Shown here: piece by piece, positions 27,255 to 37,399 of the stretch
Layout: every line of letters begins with the position of its first letter
Numbering within the stretch: the stretch's first letter is position 1
From: Nitrospirota bacterium
GTDB taxonomy: Bacteria > Nitrospirota > UBA9217
Direction: 5' to 3'
Assembly: GCA_963737155.1 (NCBI GenBank)
Contig: CAVTRN010000001.1
Location: forward strand, 896,001-960,000
Length of the DNA: 64,000 bases
Position numbers and translations under genes: made by a program
The notes under the pieces: model-generated
Told to the model about the DNA's origin: nothing
The model's input: only the letters and a program-made list of their open reading frames with translations
The model's database searches: none

Positions 27255-28589
27255 ATGATCAACATTCTCGTCGTGGACGACGAAGAGCCCTTCAGAAGGC
27301 TCCTGAAAAAAGAACTTGCCCGTAAAGGATATTCAGTGGAGGTCGCGCCCGACGGTAGCGAGGCTTTGCGCCTTCTTCGCGACCGTTCCTTCGATGTGAT
27401 CCTGCTCGACGTGGTCATGCCCGGAGTGGACGGTATTTCGCTCATGAAACAGCTAAAGGAGGAACCGAGCGCGCCGGCGATCATCGTGCTAACCGGCAAG
27501 GCCACTGTGGAAACGGCGGTAGAGGCCATGAAGAACGGCGCTCATGACTATCTTACCAAACCCTACAAGCTCGACGAACTTGCCATCGTGATCGAGCGCA
27601 CCTATGAGTTCAGGAGGCTGTCCGTCAAGAGCAAACTCCTCGAACAGGAGTTGGTTAGGCAGGAGGCGCCTTTCGAATTCATCGGGAAAAGCAGACAGCT
27701 CCAGGATATACTCGCTCTCATCCAGAAGGTGGCGCCGACTGATTCGGCGGTGTTTGTCCAGGGAGAAAGCGGGACGGGTAAAGAGCTGGTAGCGAACACG
27801 GTATGGCGCTACAGCGCCAGAAAGGATGCTCCCTTCATCGCACTCAACTGCGCCACCCTGTCGGAAAACCTGATTGAATCCGAGATTTTCGGCCATGAAA
27901 AGGGAGCATTCACCAGCGCCTACCAGTTGAAGCACGGGCTTGTAGAAGTGGCTGACAAGGGAACGCTGTTTCTGGACGAGATCGGCGAAATGCCCTTCGG
28001 GCTCCAAGCAAAGTTCCTGCGTTTTCTTGATGCTGGCGAGTTCCGTCGGGTGGGCGGGAACAAATCACTATGCGCCGATGTGCGCATGATTGCCGCTACC
28101 AACAAGGATCTCCTGGCAATGATCAAGGCCGGAACGTTTCGCGAAGATTTGTACTACCGGCTGAATGTCATCAATATCACGATCCCCCCCCTTCGGGATC
28201 GGAAGGAGGACGTCGGCGATCTGGCAGGGCATTTTCTGGACAAGTATACGAAGAAGCTTGCAAAACCCATTACTGCGTTTACATCAGAGGCAACGGATTT
28301 GCTTTCCGCCTATCGGTGGCCTGGCAACGTGCGGGAGCTCGAAAATGTAATCGAACGTGCGGTGATCGTTTGTGAAACGGGCACGATTGGTGCCGAGGAT
28401 CTCTCCATCTCGTCTTACTCCGCGATTGACGACATGAGCGTCAATCCGTCGCTTGAGGAGATGGAAAAAAATTACATCCTCAGGGTCCTGAACGAGACTG
28501 CCGGCAACCAGTCCAGGGCAAGCCAGCTACTGGGCATCGATCGCAAGACCTTGTATCTCAAATTGAAAAAATACGGTATTAATCCATGA
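27255..28589 (+). CDS. NtrC-family sigma54-dependent response regulator
   Basis: Receiver 'ILVVDDE..LLDVVMP', 'GESGTGKE', GAFTSA loop, 'WPGNVRELEN', Fis HTH 'NQSRASQLLGIDRKTLY'. The start could be 27198. Confidence 0.95.
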   Translation: MINILVVDDEEPFRRLLKKELARKGYSVEVAPDGSEALRLLRDRSFDVILLDVVMPGVDGISLMKQLKEEPSAPAIIVLTGKATVETAVEAMKNGAHDYLTKPYKLDELAIVIERTYEFRRLSVKSKLLEQELVRQEAPFEFIGKSRQLQDILALIQKVAPTDSAVFVQGESGTGKELVANTVWRYSARKDAPFIALNCATLSENLIESEIFGHEKGAFTSAYQLKHGLVEVADKGTLFLDEIGEMPFGLQAKFLRFLDAGEFRRVGGNKSLCADVRMIAATNKDLLAMIKAGTFREDLYYRLNVINITIPPLRDRKEDVGDLAGHFLDKYTKKLAKPITAFTSEATDLLSAYRWPGNVRELENVIERAVIVCETGTIGAEDLSISSYSAIDDMSVNPSLEEMEKNYILRVLNETAGNQSRASQLLGIDRKTLYLKLKKYGINP

Positions 28590-28768
28590 GCGGAGAATAG
28601 GCGCGAAGCGCCAAGAGGGTTACGACGAGCTGGGGGCGAAAACCTTCAGAAAGCAGCCGTCGAGAACCGTGAAATTCCCGCTACAATCGCGCAAGCGATT
28701 TAAAGGCGGGATGCAGGACAGTTCATAGATTGACAAACATCTTCAGGACTGATACAGTACTGCCAACG

Positions 28769-29548
28769 ATGAGCATGATCGCAATCTCCCTCCAATCCGG
28801 TAGCAACGGCAACTGCATTTACGTCGAGACCTCGGGCGTCAAGCTTCTTTTCGATGCAGGGATCACAGGTACACAGACGGAAGAGCGGCTTGCGGCGCAG
28901 GACCGCAATATCCGTGATGTCGATGCCGTGATCATCTCCCACGATCATTCCGACCACATCCGCCATGCCGGCGTACTTCAACGAAAATATGGTCTACCGG
29001 TTTACGTGACGCCAGCCACGTTCGCTGCGGCGTCCTCCCGGTGCGCGCTCGGGAAAATGACCGACGTTCGCCACTTCCGATCCCACGACAAACTCCGATT
29101 CGACGACGTGATTGTGTACGCCATTCCCACGCCCCATGACGGCGTTGACGGGGCCGTCTTCGTGATCGAGGCTGGCGGGAAGCGGCTTGGTATCTTGACG
29201 GATCTCGGCCATGTGTTCAAGGACCTCATCCATCTGGTATCCTCGCTGGATGCCGTGTTTCTCGAAAGCAACTACGACCCGGAAATGCTCGCGCACGGTC
29301 CCTATCCCGCTTATCTCAAACAGCGCATCAAGGGGCCGCGTGGTCACATTTCGAACTTCGAGGCTGCTGAGGTCCTGCTTCGTGCATCAGCGGAAAAGCG
29401 TCTTCAATGGGCTTGCCTTGCCCATCTCTCCGAACAGAACAACCATCCCGACGTCGCTCTCAAAACCCACCATGAGGCCATCGCGGGAAAGCTGCCCCTT
29501 TTCGTAGCCGATCGCTACCGTGCATCCGGCATCCTGACGGTTTCGTAA
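28769..29548 (+). CDS. MBL-fold metallo-hydrolase (YycJ/WalJ-like)
   Basis: 'SGSNGN', SHDHSDH, 'TPHD', 'TDLG', 'ESNYD', 'AHLSEQNN'. Confidence 0.9.
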   Translation: MSMIAISLQSGSNGNCIYVETSGVKLLFDAGITGTQTEERLAAQDRNIRDVDAVIISHDHSDHIRHAGVLQRKYGLPVYVTPATFAAASSRCALGKMTDVRHFRSHDKLRFDDVIVYAIPTPHDGVDGAVFVIEAGGKRLGILTDLGHVFKDLIHLVSSLDAVFLESNYDPEMLAHGPYPAYLKQRIKGPRGHISNFEAAEVLLRASAEKRLQWACLAHLSEQNNHPDVALKTHHEAIAGKLPLFVADRYRASGILTVS

Positions 29549-29658
29549 AACTCGTGCAATTGCTCACAACTCAGGTTATCGGCGCGGTCTTCCACATTGG
29601 ATGATCAAGGCTGAGCATGTTCGCCGTCAGGGAAAGGAAATGCAAGGAAGATTGCAGA

Positions 29659-31272
29659 CTATTTTTTTTTCAGGACGATCAGCATCCAGAGGAACAGCAC
29701 TCCGCAGATTCCGGCAGCCCAGGCGCTTTCATGGCTAAAATGGTTGATGTCAAACACAACCGTTGCCATGCCCGCAGTTGCCACCAGGATCGCAAAAACA
29801 AAACCTTTACCGATGCGGTGGATTTTCTGCAGTTCTGTTACGATGTGCTGCGACATGATCTCGACGCGCGTCTCTCCGCGGCTCGTGGTCACGAGAAAAT
29901 CTGCCACGAGTTTCGGCAGTTTCAGAATCGCACGGCTGGAAGTGACGGTCTGCTGGAGGACGCCCGCGGCGGTAAACTCTTCCGCCTTGATGAACCGTTT
30001 GGCAAAAGGGGCGGCGATTTCGATGATGTTGGTTTCGGGGTCGAGACGGGAGCCGAGTCCGTTCAGCATACCAATCACTCGCCCAAAGAGGATAAAGTCA
30101 TTCGGTATCTGAATCGACGGTGAGAGTTGGACCGCCTCTTGGATGTCACGGCCGATTTCCTCGATATCCATGGCCTTGAACTCGGAAGCCGAGATATCGC
30201 GATATTTTCCAAAGATCTTGTCCACGAAATGCACAAGGGGCTGAATGTCCTTGGTGAGCGGAATAAATCCCATGTCCACGAGGGACCGGACAAGGCCGAG
30301 TGAATCGCGGTCAACGATAGCCGCAAAGCCGCGGCGTAGACTCTCCCTCCGCAGCGTCGATATGCGGTCGACCATGCCGAAGTCCACGAGAATGATTTCC
30401 GGGCCAGGCTTCACGAAGATGTTGCCAGGGTGCGGGTCGCCATGGAAAAGGCCGTCGAAGAAAAACATCTGGGCATAGGCCTCGGCGAGAAGGCGGGCCA
30501 CTTCTTTGCGGTCGATCCCCGCCCGGTCGATCCCTTCAAAATCCGTGATCTTGATGCCGGCAATATACTCCAGGCACAGCACCTTTGATGTCGTGAAAGG
30601 CCAGTAAACGACTGGTATCTTGATTCTGGAGTTGTCGGCGAAGTTACGCGCAAAGGCCTCCGCATTCTTACCTTCTTGGATATAATCAAGCTCTTCCTGA
30701 ACGATGCGCGCGAATTCTGAATAGATAACGTCGAGATTAATCTGGCGGAACAGCACACGCAGGATCCGCAGCACGAACTTCAACGTTTTCATGTCCGCGG
30801 CGATCACCTCTTCGATGCCGGGATACTGGACCTTGACTACGATGCATTCGCCGTCCCTGAGGCAGGCACGATGGACTTGGCCGAGGGAAGCCGAAGCGAT
30901 CGGTATTTCGGTGAACGAAGAAAAAACCTCGTCCACGGGGCCCAGCTCTTCGACAAGGCGTTGGGCGATAGCGCTAAAGGGGGCGGGCGGAACCTGATCC
31001 TGGAGCTTCGAGAGTTCGTCAGTATATTCCTCGGGAAGGATGTCCACGCGTGAGGACATGAACTGGCCGATCTTGATGAGGACCCCTCTCATCTCGAGCA
31101 TTCGTTCGCGGAGCATGCGTGCGTTCACGGCATGGAGGCGTTTGAGACGCGCTTGCCGCAGTGCGGGAGAAGCGAACAGACTCCTGAAGGAATGGAATTT
31201 GTAGCTCACGAGGATCGTGAGGAACAAGCGCACACCCTGCAGGAACCGGCTCCAGTAATTGAAAAAATTCAT
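29659..31272 (-). CDS. AarF/UbiB/ABC1 atypical kinase
   Basis: 'IKIGQFMS', 'ASASLGQVH', 'VKVQYPG', 'FHGDPHPGN', 'DFGM'. Confidence 0.92.
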   Translation of the reverse strand: MNFFNYWSRFLQGVRLFLTILVSYKFHSFRSLFASPALRQARLKRLHAVNARMLRERMLEMRGVLIKIGQFMSSRVDILPEEYTDELSKLQDQVPPAPFSAIAQRLVEELGPVDEVFSSFTEIPIASASLGQVHRACLRDGECIVVKVQYPGIEEVIAADMKTLKFVLRILRVLFRQINLDVIYSEFARIVQEELDYIQEGKNAEAFARNFADNSRIKIPVVYWPFTTSKVLCLEYIAGIKITDFEGIDRAGIDRKEVARLLAEAYAQMFFFDGLFHGDPHPGNIFVKPGPEIILVDFGMVDRISTLRRESLRRGFAAIVDRDSLGLVRSLVDMGFIPLTKDIQPLVHFVDKIFGKYRDISASEFKAMDIEEIGRDIQEAVQLSPSIQIPNDFILFGRVIGMLNGLGSRLDPETNIIEIAAPFAKRFIKAEEFTAAGVLQQTVTSSRAILKLPKLVADFLVTTSRGETRVEIMSQHIVTELQKIHRIGKGFVFAILVATAGMATVVFDINHFSHESAWAAGICGVLFLWMLIVLKKK

Positions 31273-31382
31273 ACTTGATTATACCAGATTGTGCGCCGGA
31301 AGGGTATCGAAGAGAAGAACGGGGAGCGTGGGGCAACCGCAGTGTACGGATAGAAAAACTGAACGACCCTGCACGTTGAATG

Positions 31383-32624
31383 TTACGTAAAGATCCCGAT
31401 GACTGCACCGGTCATGCAGGTGGCGAGGGTGCCAGCCATGATCGACTTCATCCCGAGTCCGACAATTTCGTTCCGTCGTTCCGGCGCGAGGCTCCCCAAG
31501 CCGCCTATAAGGATGCCGAGGCTGCCAAAGTTCGCGAAGCTGCTCAAGGCGTAGGCCATGATCAGGCGGCTTCGGTCATCAAGCGCGCCAGCCGGCAGCT
31601 TGGCCATCTCGATGAACGCCAGGAGTTCGTTCAATATCGTTTTCGTGCCCATGAGGAAGCCCGCGGTCTGCGCCTGCGGCCAAGGAATGCCAAAGAGCCA
31701 GACAACCGGAGCCATGATGTAGCCGAGGATTCTCTGGAGCGTAAGGGGTTGTCCCCCCACGTTCGGAAGGAGACTGATGAGCAGGTTGGCCAGGTGAACG
31801 AGAGCTACCATCACCACGAGCATCGCGATGATGTTTAGGAGGAGATGGAGGCCGTCTATGGTTCCGTTGACCACAGCGTCCATGGAACTCGTTGACGTCT
31901 GCTGGGGGACGAGGCTTCCGGCAGTTTCCTCGCCCGTTTCAGGCACCATAATCCTGGCGATCGTAATGGCAGCGGCCACATGGATGAAGGAAGCGGTCAG
32001 GATATGGCCGAGAGGGTCGGGGATTACTCCGGTTAGGAAGGTTGCATAGAGGACCATCACCGTACCCGCTATGCAGGTCATGCCCACAGTCATAAGCGAA
32101 AAAATCTCGCTTCGGGTCATGCTCTTGAGATAGGGCTTGATGACAAGCGGAGCCTCGACCATGCCGAGAAAGATCGTTGTCGAAGCACCGAGACCGAGCG
32201 CGCCGCCGATGTTCAGGGTTTTTTGGAGGACAAGGGAAAAGGATTTAACTATATAAGGAAGGATTCGCCAGTAAAAGAGCAGCGCCGAGAGAGCGCCGAT
32301 TACGAGCACGAGCGGTAATGCCTGGAACGCGAGAATGAAGTTTGAGCCTGGATTCTGGAGCAGGAAGGGAGGTGTGCCGCCGCCGATGTACCCGAACACG
32401 AAAGACGTGCCGGCCCTGGTCGCGGCTTCGAGGGACAGGACGACATTGTTTAGCAGCAGGAAAAACCTCTTGAATATCGGGATATAGAGCAGGGTCGCCG
32501 CGATGCCGAACTGGACCAGGACACCGGTCAATATCGTTGTGTATCTGACTTTTTTTCTTCTTTCGCTGACCAGCCAGGCGATACCCAGGAAAACGAGAAT
32601 ACCGAGAATGCCCTGAAGGTGCAT
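31383..32624 (-). CDS. nupC: NupC/CNT concentrative nucleoside transporter
   Basis: 'GTSFVFG', 'FLGMVEAP', 'KTILNE', 'FANFGSLGI'. Confidence 0.9.
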   Translation of the reverse strand: MHLQGILGILVFLGIAWLVSERRKKVRYTTILTGVLVQFGIAATLLYIPIFKRFFLLLNNVVLSLEAATRAGTSFVFGYIGGGTPPFLLQNPGSNFILAFQALPLVLVIGALSALLFYWRILPYIVKSFSLVLQKTLNIGGALGLGASTTIFLGMVEAPLVIKPYLKSMTRSEIFSLMTVGMTCIAGTVMVLYATFLTGVIPDPLGHILTASFIHVAAAITIARIMVPETGEETAGSLVPQQTSTSSMDAVVNGTIDGLHLLLNIIAMLVVMVALVHLANLLISLLPNVGGQPLTLQRILGYIMAPVVWLFGIPWPQAQTAGFLMGTKTILNELLAFIEMAKLPAGALDDRSRLIMAYALSSFANFGSLGILIGGLGSLAPERRNEIVGLGMKSIMAGTLATCMTGAVIGIFT

Positions 32625-32950
32625 GAAAACTCCTGTTCATAGCGTGGCCATTTGACTATCTGCGTCAGGCACGGTCTGCTAAAAAATCCCGACTGGGAAC
32701 GGCATAAGCCGGCCTGAGACATCGCAGCTGGTTTCGAACGACTAACTCTCTCAAAAAGCCCTCCGGAACACACCCGGAAATTTAAATAACCCGCCTCATA
32801 ATAATACTTGACTTCCTTGTGAAAAAGTGTCAATATATCTTTCAGAAGTTCCGGATGTACTTGTAGGGTAACCGCAAAGACATATCGACTTTGCGGCATT
32901 TTTTTTGTCCTTTTCCGTCGCTTCAATTCACAAGAAGGAGGTAGCTTATC

Positions 32951-33151
32951 ATGGAACAAGGTACGGTAAAGTGGTTCAATGATTCCAAAGGTTTTGGATT
33001 CATTACCCGTGAAAAGGGCGGCGATGTGTTCGTTCATTTCGGCGACATTCAGGACAGCGGCTTTAAGTCGTTGGCTGAAGGCCAGCAAGTGCAGTTCGAC
33101 GTTGTCGACTCACCCAAGGGCCCCAAAGCAGCTAATGTCGTAAAGCTCTAA
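32951..33151 (+). CDS. cspA: Cold-shock protein
   Basis: '[15 protein letters not shown]', 'DVFVHF'; SD AAGGAGG. Confidence 0.96.
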   Translation: MEQGTVKWFNDSKGFGFITREKGGDVFVHFGDIQDSGFKSLAEGQQVQFDVVDSPKGPKAANVVKL

Positions 33152-33169
33152 GCTAACGCTTAATTTTTC

Positions 33170-33203
33170 AAGCAGGTCCTGATCTTTTAGGTCCTGCTTT
33201 TTT
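33170..33203 (+). terminator. Rho-independent terminator after cspA
   Basis: AAGCAGG...CCTGCTT stem followed by a T run. Confidence 0.7.
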
Positions 33204-33388
33204 CTTTGCCCGCTCTTCCGTCTTCCCGTCCCAGCCTGTCCTTTGTCGCTTTGTATACAGCGGTTCTCGTCACCAATGCTCATGTTTAATGCCCCGCTGC
33301 ATAAGATTTTTTACCGCGGAGATGCAAAGGCATTAGGAACACACCGACCTCTATGTTGCTTTGGTCCTGAGGTTTCGCCTTACAGTGG

Positions 33389-33451
33389 CTATTTTTTCTT
33401 GCTTTTCGGTTTTTTTGTTTCCTTCTTTGCACCTTGTCTTGAAGCCGCCAT
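33389..33451 (-). CDS. 20-aa Lys-rich small protein MAASRQGAKKETKKPKSKKK
   Basis: Read directly from the sequence (below the ORF-track cutoff); perfect SD GGAGGTG 6 nt upstream of the ATG. Confidence 0.55.
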   Translation of the reverse strand: MAASRQGAKKETKKPKSKKK

Positions 33452-33477
33452 TGTCATCACCTCCCTTATATATCAGC

Positions 33478-33687
33478 CTATATGCCCCTTCTTGACACTT
33501 GCTTGCATCTGCCCGTCCCTGTGCTTTTTGTGTCAGCCGCCGTCTCTATTTGGTCACTAAGCCTTCGGATGGCATGTTGGGATATTCTGAGTCTTTTATT
33601 TAGTTTGCGTTGTTTCGTATCCTCATTCTTTTTTTCTTTCTCAATTTTCTTCTGCCGCTTTTGAAAATTAATATTCGGCTTTTCCAA
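33478..33687 (-). CDS. Small basic coiled-coil protein, possibly decaying
   Basis: 'KPNINFQKRQKKIEKEKK' resembles small proteins I recall next to csp genes; TTG start. Confidence 0.4.
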   Translation of the reverse strand: MEKPNINFQKRQKKIEKEKKNEDTKQRKLNKRLRISQHAIRRLSDQIETAADTKSTGTGRCKQVSRRGI

Positions 33688-34088
33688 TCTTCAGGTCCCT
33701 TAAATAAATTTTGCGAACGGTGCGGTACTTCCAGTCTAGGGACTTTACTATACTACAAGAGCGACCGACAACTGTATCACTATACCCAGATATTAACAGA
33801 AAGTATACCCATATGATGAATTTTTTGCGTGGCCAGTGACTACTGGTTACACGAGTTTTGTATTTTTTCGGCGCGCATACCGAAAAAGAATGTGCCTTAC
33901 CAAATCATCATCAAAAGTACCTTCCTGATAGTGATGTGTAACTGAGAACTGGTGTTGAATAGTATCTACATTTCAGGCCAGAAGTTAGAGGCAGTTGTTT
34001 CGATGAATTACACATCTTGTATCCGTTGATTAGGAGCGAATAGATGTTATCAGCGCTCAGCTGCGAAAATTTGCAGCCGATTGGGCTT

Positions 34089-35594
34089 TCAGGTTGAGGG
34101 AACAGAGGCTTTCCCCTTCGCTACGCGCACAAGGGTGTTGTTCTCGTTCAGTCCGTCTACAATGGCGCCCAAGCCGGCCATGTTCTGGAGGTAATTAAGG
34201 GCGGCCTGTGAAATTTCTTCTCCCGGGACGAGGAGGGGGATGCCGGGCGGGTACACGGTCACGATTTCCGTAGAAACCCTGCCCGTGGATTCGTTCACGT
34301 TTACCAACTCGCTATCGGAATAGAATGCCTCGCGCGGGGTCATGGCAAAACGGTTATTTAGCACCGGAGGATGAACCTGGTCCAAGGGCAGAAGTGCCCC
34401 CTGGAGCCCAGTCTCTGCCGAAATTTGATGGAGCGCGGCGACAAGGCGGTCTAGGTCATCCTGCCGGTCGCCAATGGAGACGATTACGAGCACATGGAAC
34501 GGGTCGGCCATCTCGACTTGAATGCCGAACCGGGTGTTCAGTAGATGGGAGACGTGGTAGCCGGAAAGCCCCATGTCCGAGACCGTGATTGTAAGCTTGG
34601 TCACGTCCATATCCGCCATCCCCACCTGTTTTGCCCGATCTTTACCGAAGCAGGTGATGCCACTCACATTGTTGATTTTTTCCCGCGCCTCCTCGGCCAG
34701 CTTAATGGTCCGGTTCAGGAGCTTCTTTCCTTCCGTGGCCATCTGCATCCGTGCCAAGTCTAGTGAAGCCATGAGGATATAGGACGGGCTCGTGGTCTGA
34801 AGGAGCTTCAAGGTATTGGTTACATCGTCGATATTGATCCTGCCTGCCCTTGCGTGCAGCATCGAGGCCTGGGTCATGCCGCCCACGATCTTGTGAGTGG
34901 ACTGGACACAAAGGTCCGCACCAGCCTCTAGAGCGCATTTGGGGAGTTTGGGGTTAAACTTGAGATGAGGTCCGTGTGCTTCATCCACGAACACGATAAG
35001 ACCTTTCTCGTGAGCGTAGGGGATGATTTTTTCGATGTCCGCACAGAGGCCATAATAGTTTGGGGTCGTGATAAGGAGTCCACGGGCGTCGGGGTTCGCA
35101 TCGATGGCTTGCCTCACCGTTTCAAACGTAACGTTCAGGGTAAGTTTGAGGTCGCGATCAAAAGCAGGCTGAAAAAAGATCGGCTGGGCGCCGCTCATGA
35201 TCAAGCCGGTCAATACCGACCTATGGCAATTTCTCGCGATCAGGACTTTGTCTCCAGGGCCGGTCGCAGACGCAACCATGGCATGATTGCCGACAGTCGT
35301 ACCGTTTACCAGAAAGTAGGAGCGGTCCGCCCCTGCTGCCTTAGCCGCGAGTTCTTGGGCCTCCTTGATTACGCCGGTGGGGTTCTGGAGGGAATCTACT
35401 TCGTCGAGGGTCGTCAGGTCGATGGAAAAGATGCGCGGCCCCACAAACTTGCGGAACCTGGTGGAAATGCCTTTGCCGCTTTTATGTCCGGGGGTATGGA
35501 AGGAAACCTTGTGGCTCTCCGCCAGATTGACCATTGCGTCAAAGAGAGGTGTGCGAAACTGCTCATCCTCGGATCGGTGAGAAAGAGGAATCAT
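34089..35594 (-). CDS. speA: Orn/Lys/Arg decarboxylase (Bacillus SpeA-type arginine decarboxylase)
   Basis: 'FHTPGHK', 'VDEAHG', 'QSTHK' (PLP Lys), 'TTSPSY', 'YPPGIP'; in an operon with speD and speE. Confidence 0.85.
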   Translation of the reverse strand: MIPLSHRSEDEQFRTPLFDAMVNLAESHKVSFHTPGHKSGKGISTRFRKFVGPRIFSIDLTTLDEVDSLQNPTGVIKEAQELAAKAAGADRSYFLVNGTTVGNHAMVASATGPGDKVLIARNCHRSVLTGLIMSGAQPIFFQPAFDRDLKLTLNVTFETVRQAIDANPDARGLLITTPNYYGLCADIEKIIPYAHEKGLIVFVDEAHGPHLKFNPKLPKCALEAGADLCVQSTHKIVGGMTQASMLHARAGRINIDDVTNTLKLLQTTSPSYILMASLDLARMQMATEGKKLLNRTIKLAEEAREKINNVSGITCFGKDRAKQVGMADMDVTKLTITVSDMGLSGYHVSHLLNTRFGIQVEMADPFHVLVIVSIGDRQDDLDRLVAALHQISAETGLQGALLPLDQVHPPVLNNRFAMTPREAFYSDSELVNVNESTGRVSTEIVTVYPPGIPLLVPGEEISQAALNYLQNMAGLGAIVDGLNENNTLVRVAKGKASVPST

Positions 35595-35600
35595 GGCCTC

Positions 35601-36521
35601 TTAATGGTACGTGAATAACGGCGCGTTATCTTCGATTATTTTCGTCTCTTCCGCCAGGGCTTTGCGGATATGCTTTGGAAGCATGTACATGCCCCGATTG
35701 GTGATGCCATCATAGTAACGGTTTTCGCCCTTGATCCGGCTCCTGATCAAATCATCCACATGCTGGGGAGTGAAAATACTCGGATCGAGGTTTTTTGATG
35801 CCAGGTTGAAGCCCCAAGGAAGACCGAAAGACGGTATGCACACATTATAAGGGGTAACAACGGGGAAAACCGAGTTTAGAGTCTTGTTTACCGCAGTGAA
35901 GTTCAAAAGCTGGTGCAGAGCCGTGGTGCCGGCTTGGAGGGCGATCGTTCCGTCCGGCGTAAGACGTTCTTTCACGATCTCATAGAATTCGCGCGTGAAC
36001 AAGAGGTAGGCAGGTCCTTCCTCAACAGGTTCAGAAATGTCAATGATTATGGCATCATAGTTGTCGGTGGTTTCTTCCAAGTACTTGCGAGCGTCCATGA
36101 ACCGGAGGTCTGTCCGCGGGTCATCAAATGCGCCCTGGTGCCACTCGGGAAGCAGTTCCTTCGATTTTTCGACCACTTCCTGGTCGATGTCTACCATCAT
36201 GCAATATTCGACGCTCTTGTGTCGGAGCACCTCGCGCAACGTAGCTCCTTCACCGCCACCCACGATAAAGACCCGTTTCGGATTCGGGTGAGTTAAAAGC
36301 GCGGGGTGGACCAGTGCCTCATGATATATGAACTCGTCGGTGAGGGACGACTGCATCTTACCGTCCAGAACGAGGCACCGTCCATAGCTTCCGCTTTCCA
36401 TGATCTCCATGTTCTGGTACTTGGTCTGGCTCGCGTAGTGGATGTTGCGGATCCCGTGTATGTGGCCTTCCTGGGGACTCGTATACTCTATGAACCATTT
36501 GTAGCTTTTAGGCTCGATCAT
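35601..36521 (-). CDS. speE: Polyamine aminopropyltransferase (spermidine synthase)
   Basis: 'LVLDGKMQS..DEFIYHE', 'GGGEGATLREV', 'DIDQEVV'. Confidence 0.95.
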   Translation of the reverse strand: MIEPKSYKWFIEYTSPQEGHIHGIRNIHYASQTKYQNMEIMESGSYGRCLVLDGKMQSSLTDEFIYHEALVHPALLTHPNPKRVFIVGGGEGATLREVLRHKSVEYCMMVDIDQEVVEKSKELLPEWHQGAFDDPRTDLRFMDARKYLEETTDNYDAIIIDISEPVEEGPAYLLFTREFYEIVKERLTPDGTIALQAGTTALHQLLNFTAVNKTLNSVFPVVTPYNVCIPSFGLPWGFNLASKNLDPSIFTPQHVDDLIRSRIKGENRYYDGITNRGMYMLPKHIRKALAEETKIIEDNAPLFTYH

Positions 36522-36919
36522 GCTGAAACCAAGTCTTCCTGTACAACCGGTTTGTGCGGAAGCTTCTCGTGGCCGAGGATTCCCCGCTTCATCTCGATGA
36601 TGGAGGGATTTCTGGACTCAAATTTTTCGATAAGGAATTTTGCGGCGACCCGAGGATCAATAAGGTCTCCACAGGTGAAGACATCTACTGCGGCGTAGCC
36701 GTATTCCGGCCATGTGTGGATGGCAAGATGGGATTCGGCGATTACCACCATCCCGCTGATACCGAAGGGGCTGAATTCGTGGAAAGCGACTTCAACAATA
36801 GTCGCTTTGGCCTCGAGAGCTGCATTTTTAAGTGCTTCCTGTACAAACTCTAAGTTGCTGAGGGTTTTGGAGTTGCAGTCTTTCAACTCCAACAATAGGT
36901 GGGTCCCCAACGCGTGCAA
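36518..36919 (-). CDS. speD: S-adenosylmethionine decarboxylase proenzyme (class 1B)
   Basis: 'LGTHLLLEL', ESH self-cleavage site, 'HTWPE', 'DVFTCG'; TTG start at 36919 with SD AGGAGG. Confidence 0.93.
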   Translation of the reverse strand: MHALGTHLLLELKDCNSKTLSNLEFVQEALKNAALEAKATIVEVAFHEFSPFGISGMVVIAESHLAIHTWPEYGYAAVDVFTCGDLIDPRVAAKFLIEKFESRNPSIIEMKRGILGHEKLPHKPVVQEDLVSA

Positions 36920-36934
36920 CCTGTTTACCTCCTT

Positions 36935-37046
36935 CTCCGCCCGCCGATCCTGCTTCCCGACAACGTCGGGATTCTGCGAGCACCGCCTTCCGCTCCCGCG
37001 GAAGGGCTTGTTGTCCGAATCCAACCCGCCTCAAGTTCAGACGGAG
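36935..37046 (-). ncRNA. Candidate structured cis-regulatory leader of speD
   Basis: Closing stem CUCCGUCUG/CGGGCGGAG abutting the SD; internal hairpins CCUUCCGC-GGGA-GCGGAAGG and UCCCGAC-GUU-GUCGGGA; TTGACA at 37094-37099 upstream. Confidence 0.45.
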
Positions 37047-37399
37047 CGATCAGCATCACAATTTAAACTTCATTTATCAAAAATACCGTTCTTTGTCAAG
37101 AGTAAAAATGATTCTCGGCTATTATTTTCCTTCGGAGCCTTTTTTGCATTCGCAAGAGCGCGCATGCAACAACATATCGGCAACTTCGAGCCCATTTTTT
37201 TGAAGCGCAATATACTCCTTTTCGCAGAGAATGCAAGAGAAAACTGATTTCCGATGAAAAAAATCTTTACTTCCTCTCCCGACTGATTTACTATTGCTCG
37301 CTGCTCTCCTCCGGAGGGCAACCTGAGCGTTGAAAGCGGAATGGTGTCGCCTTTCATATCCGCTTTCAGCCTCTGAACGCAGTTATTTGGAGGTACCTT

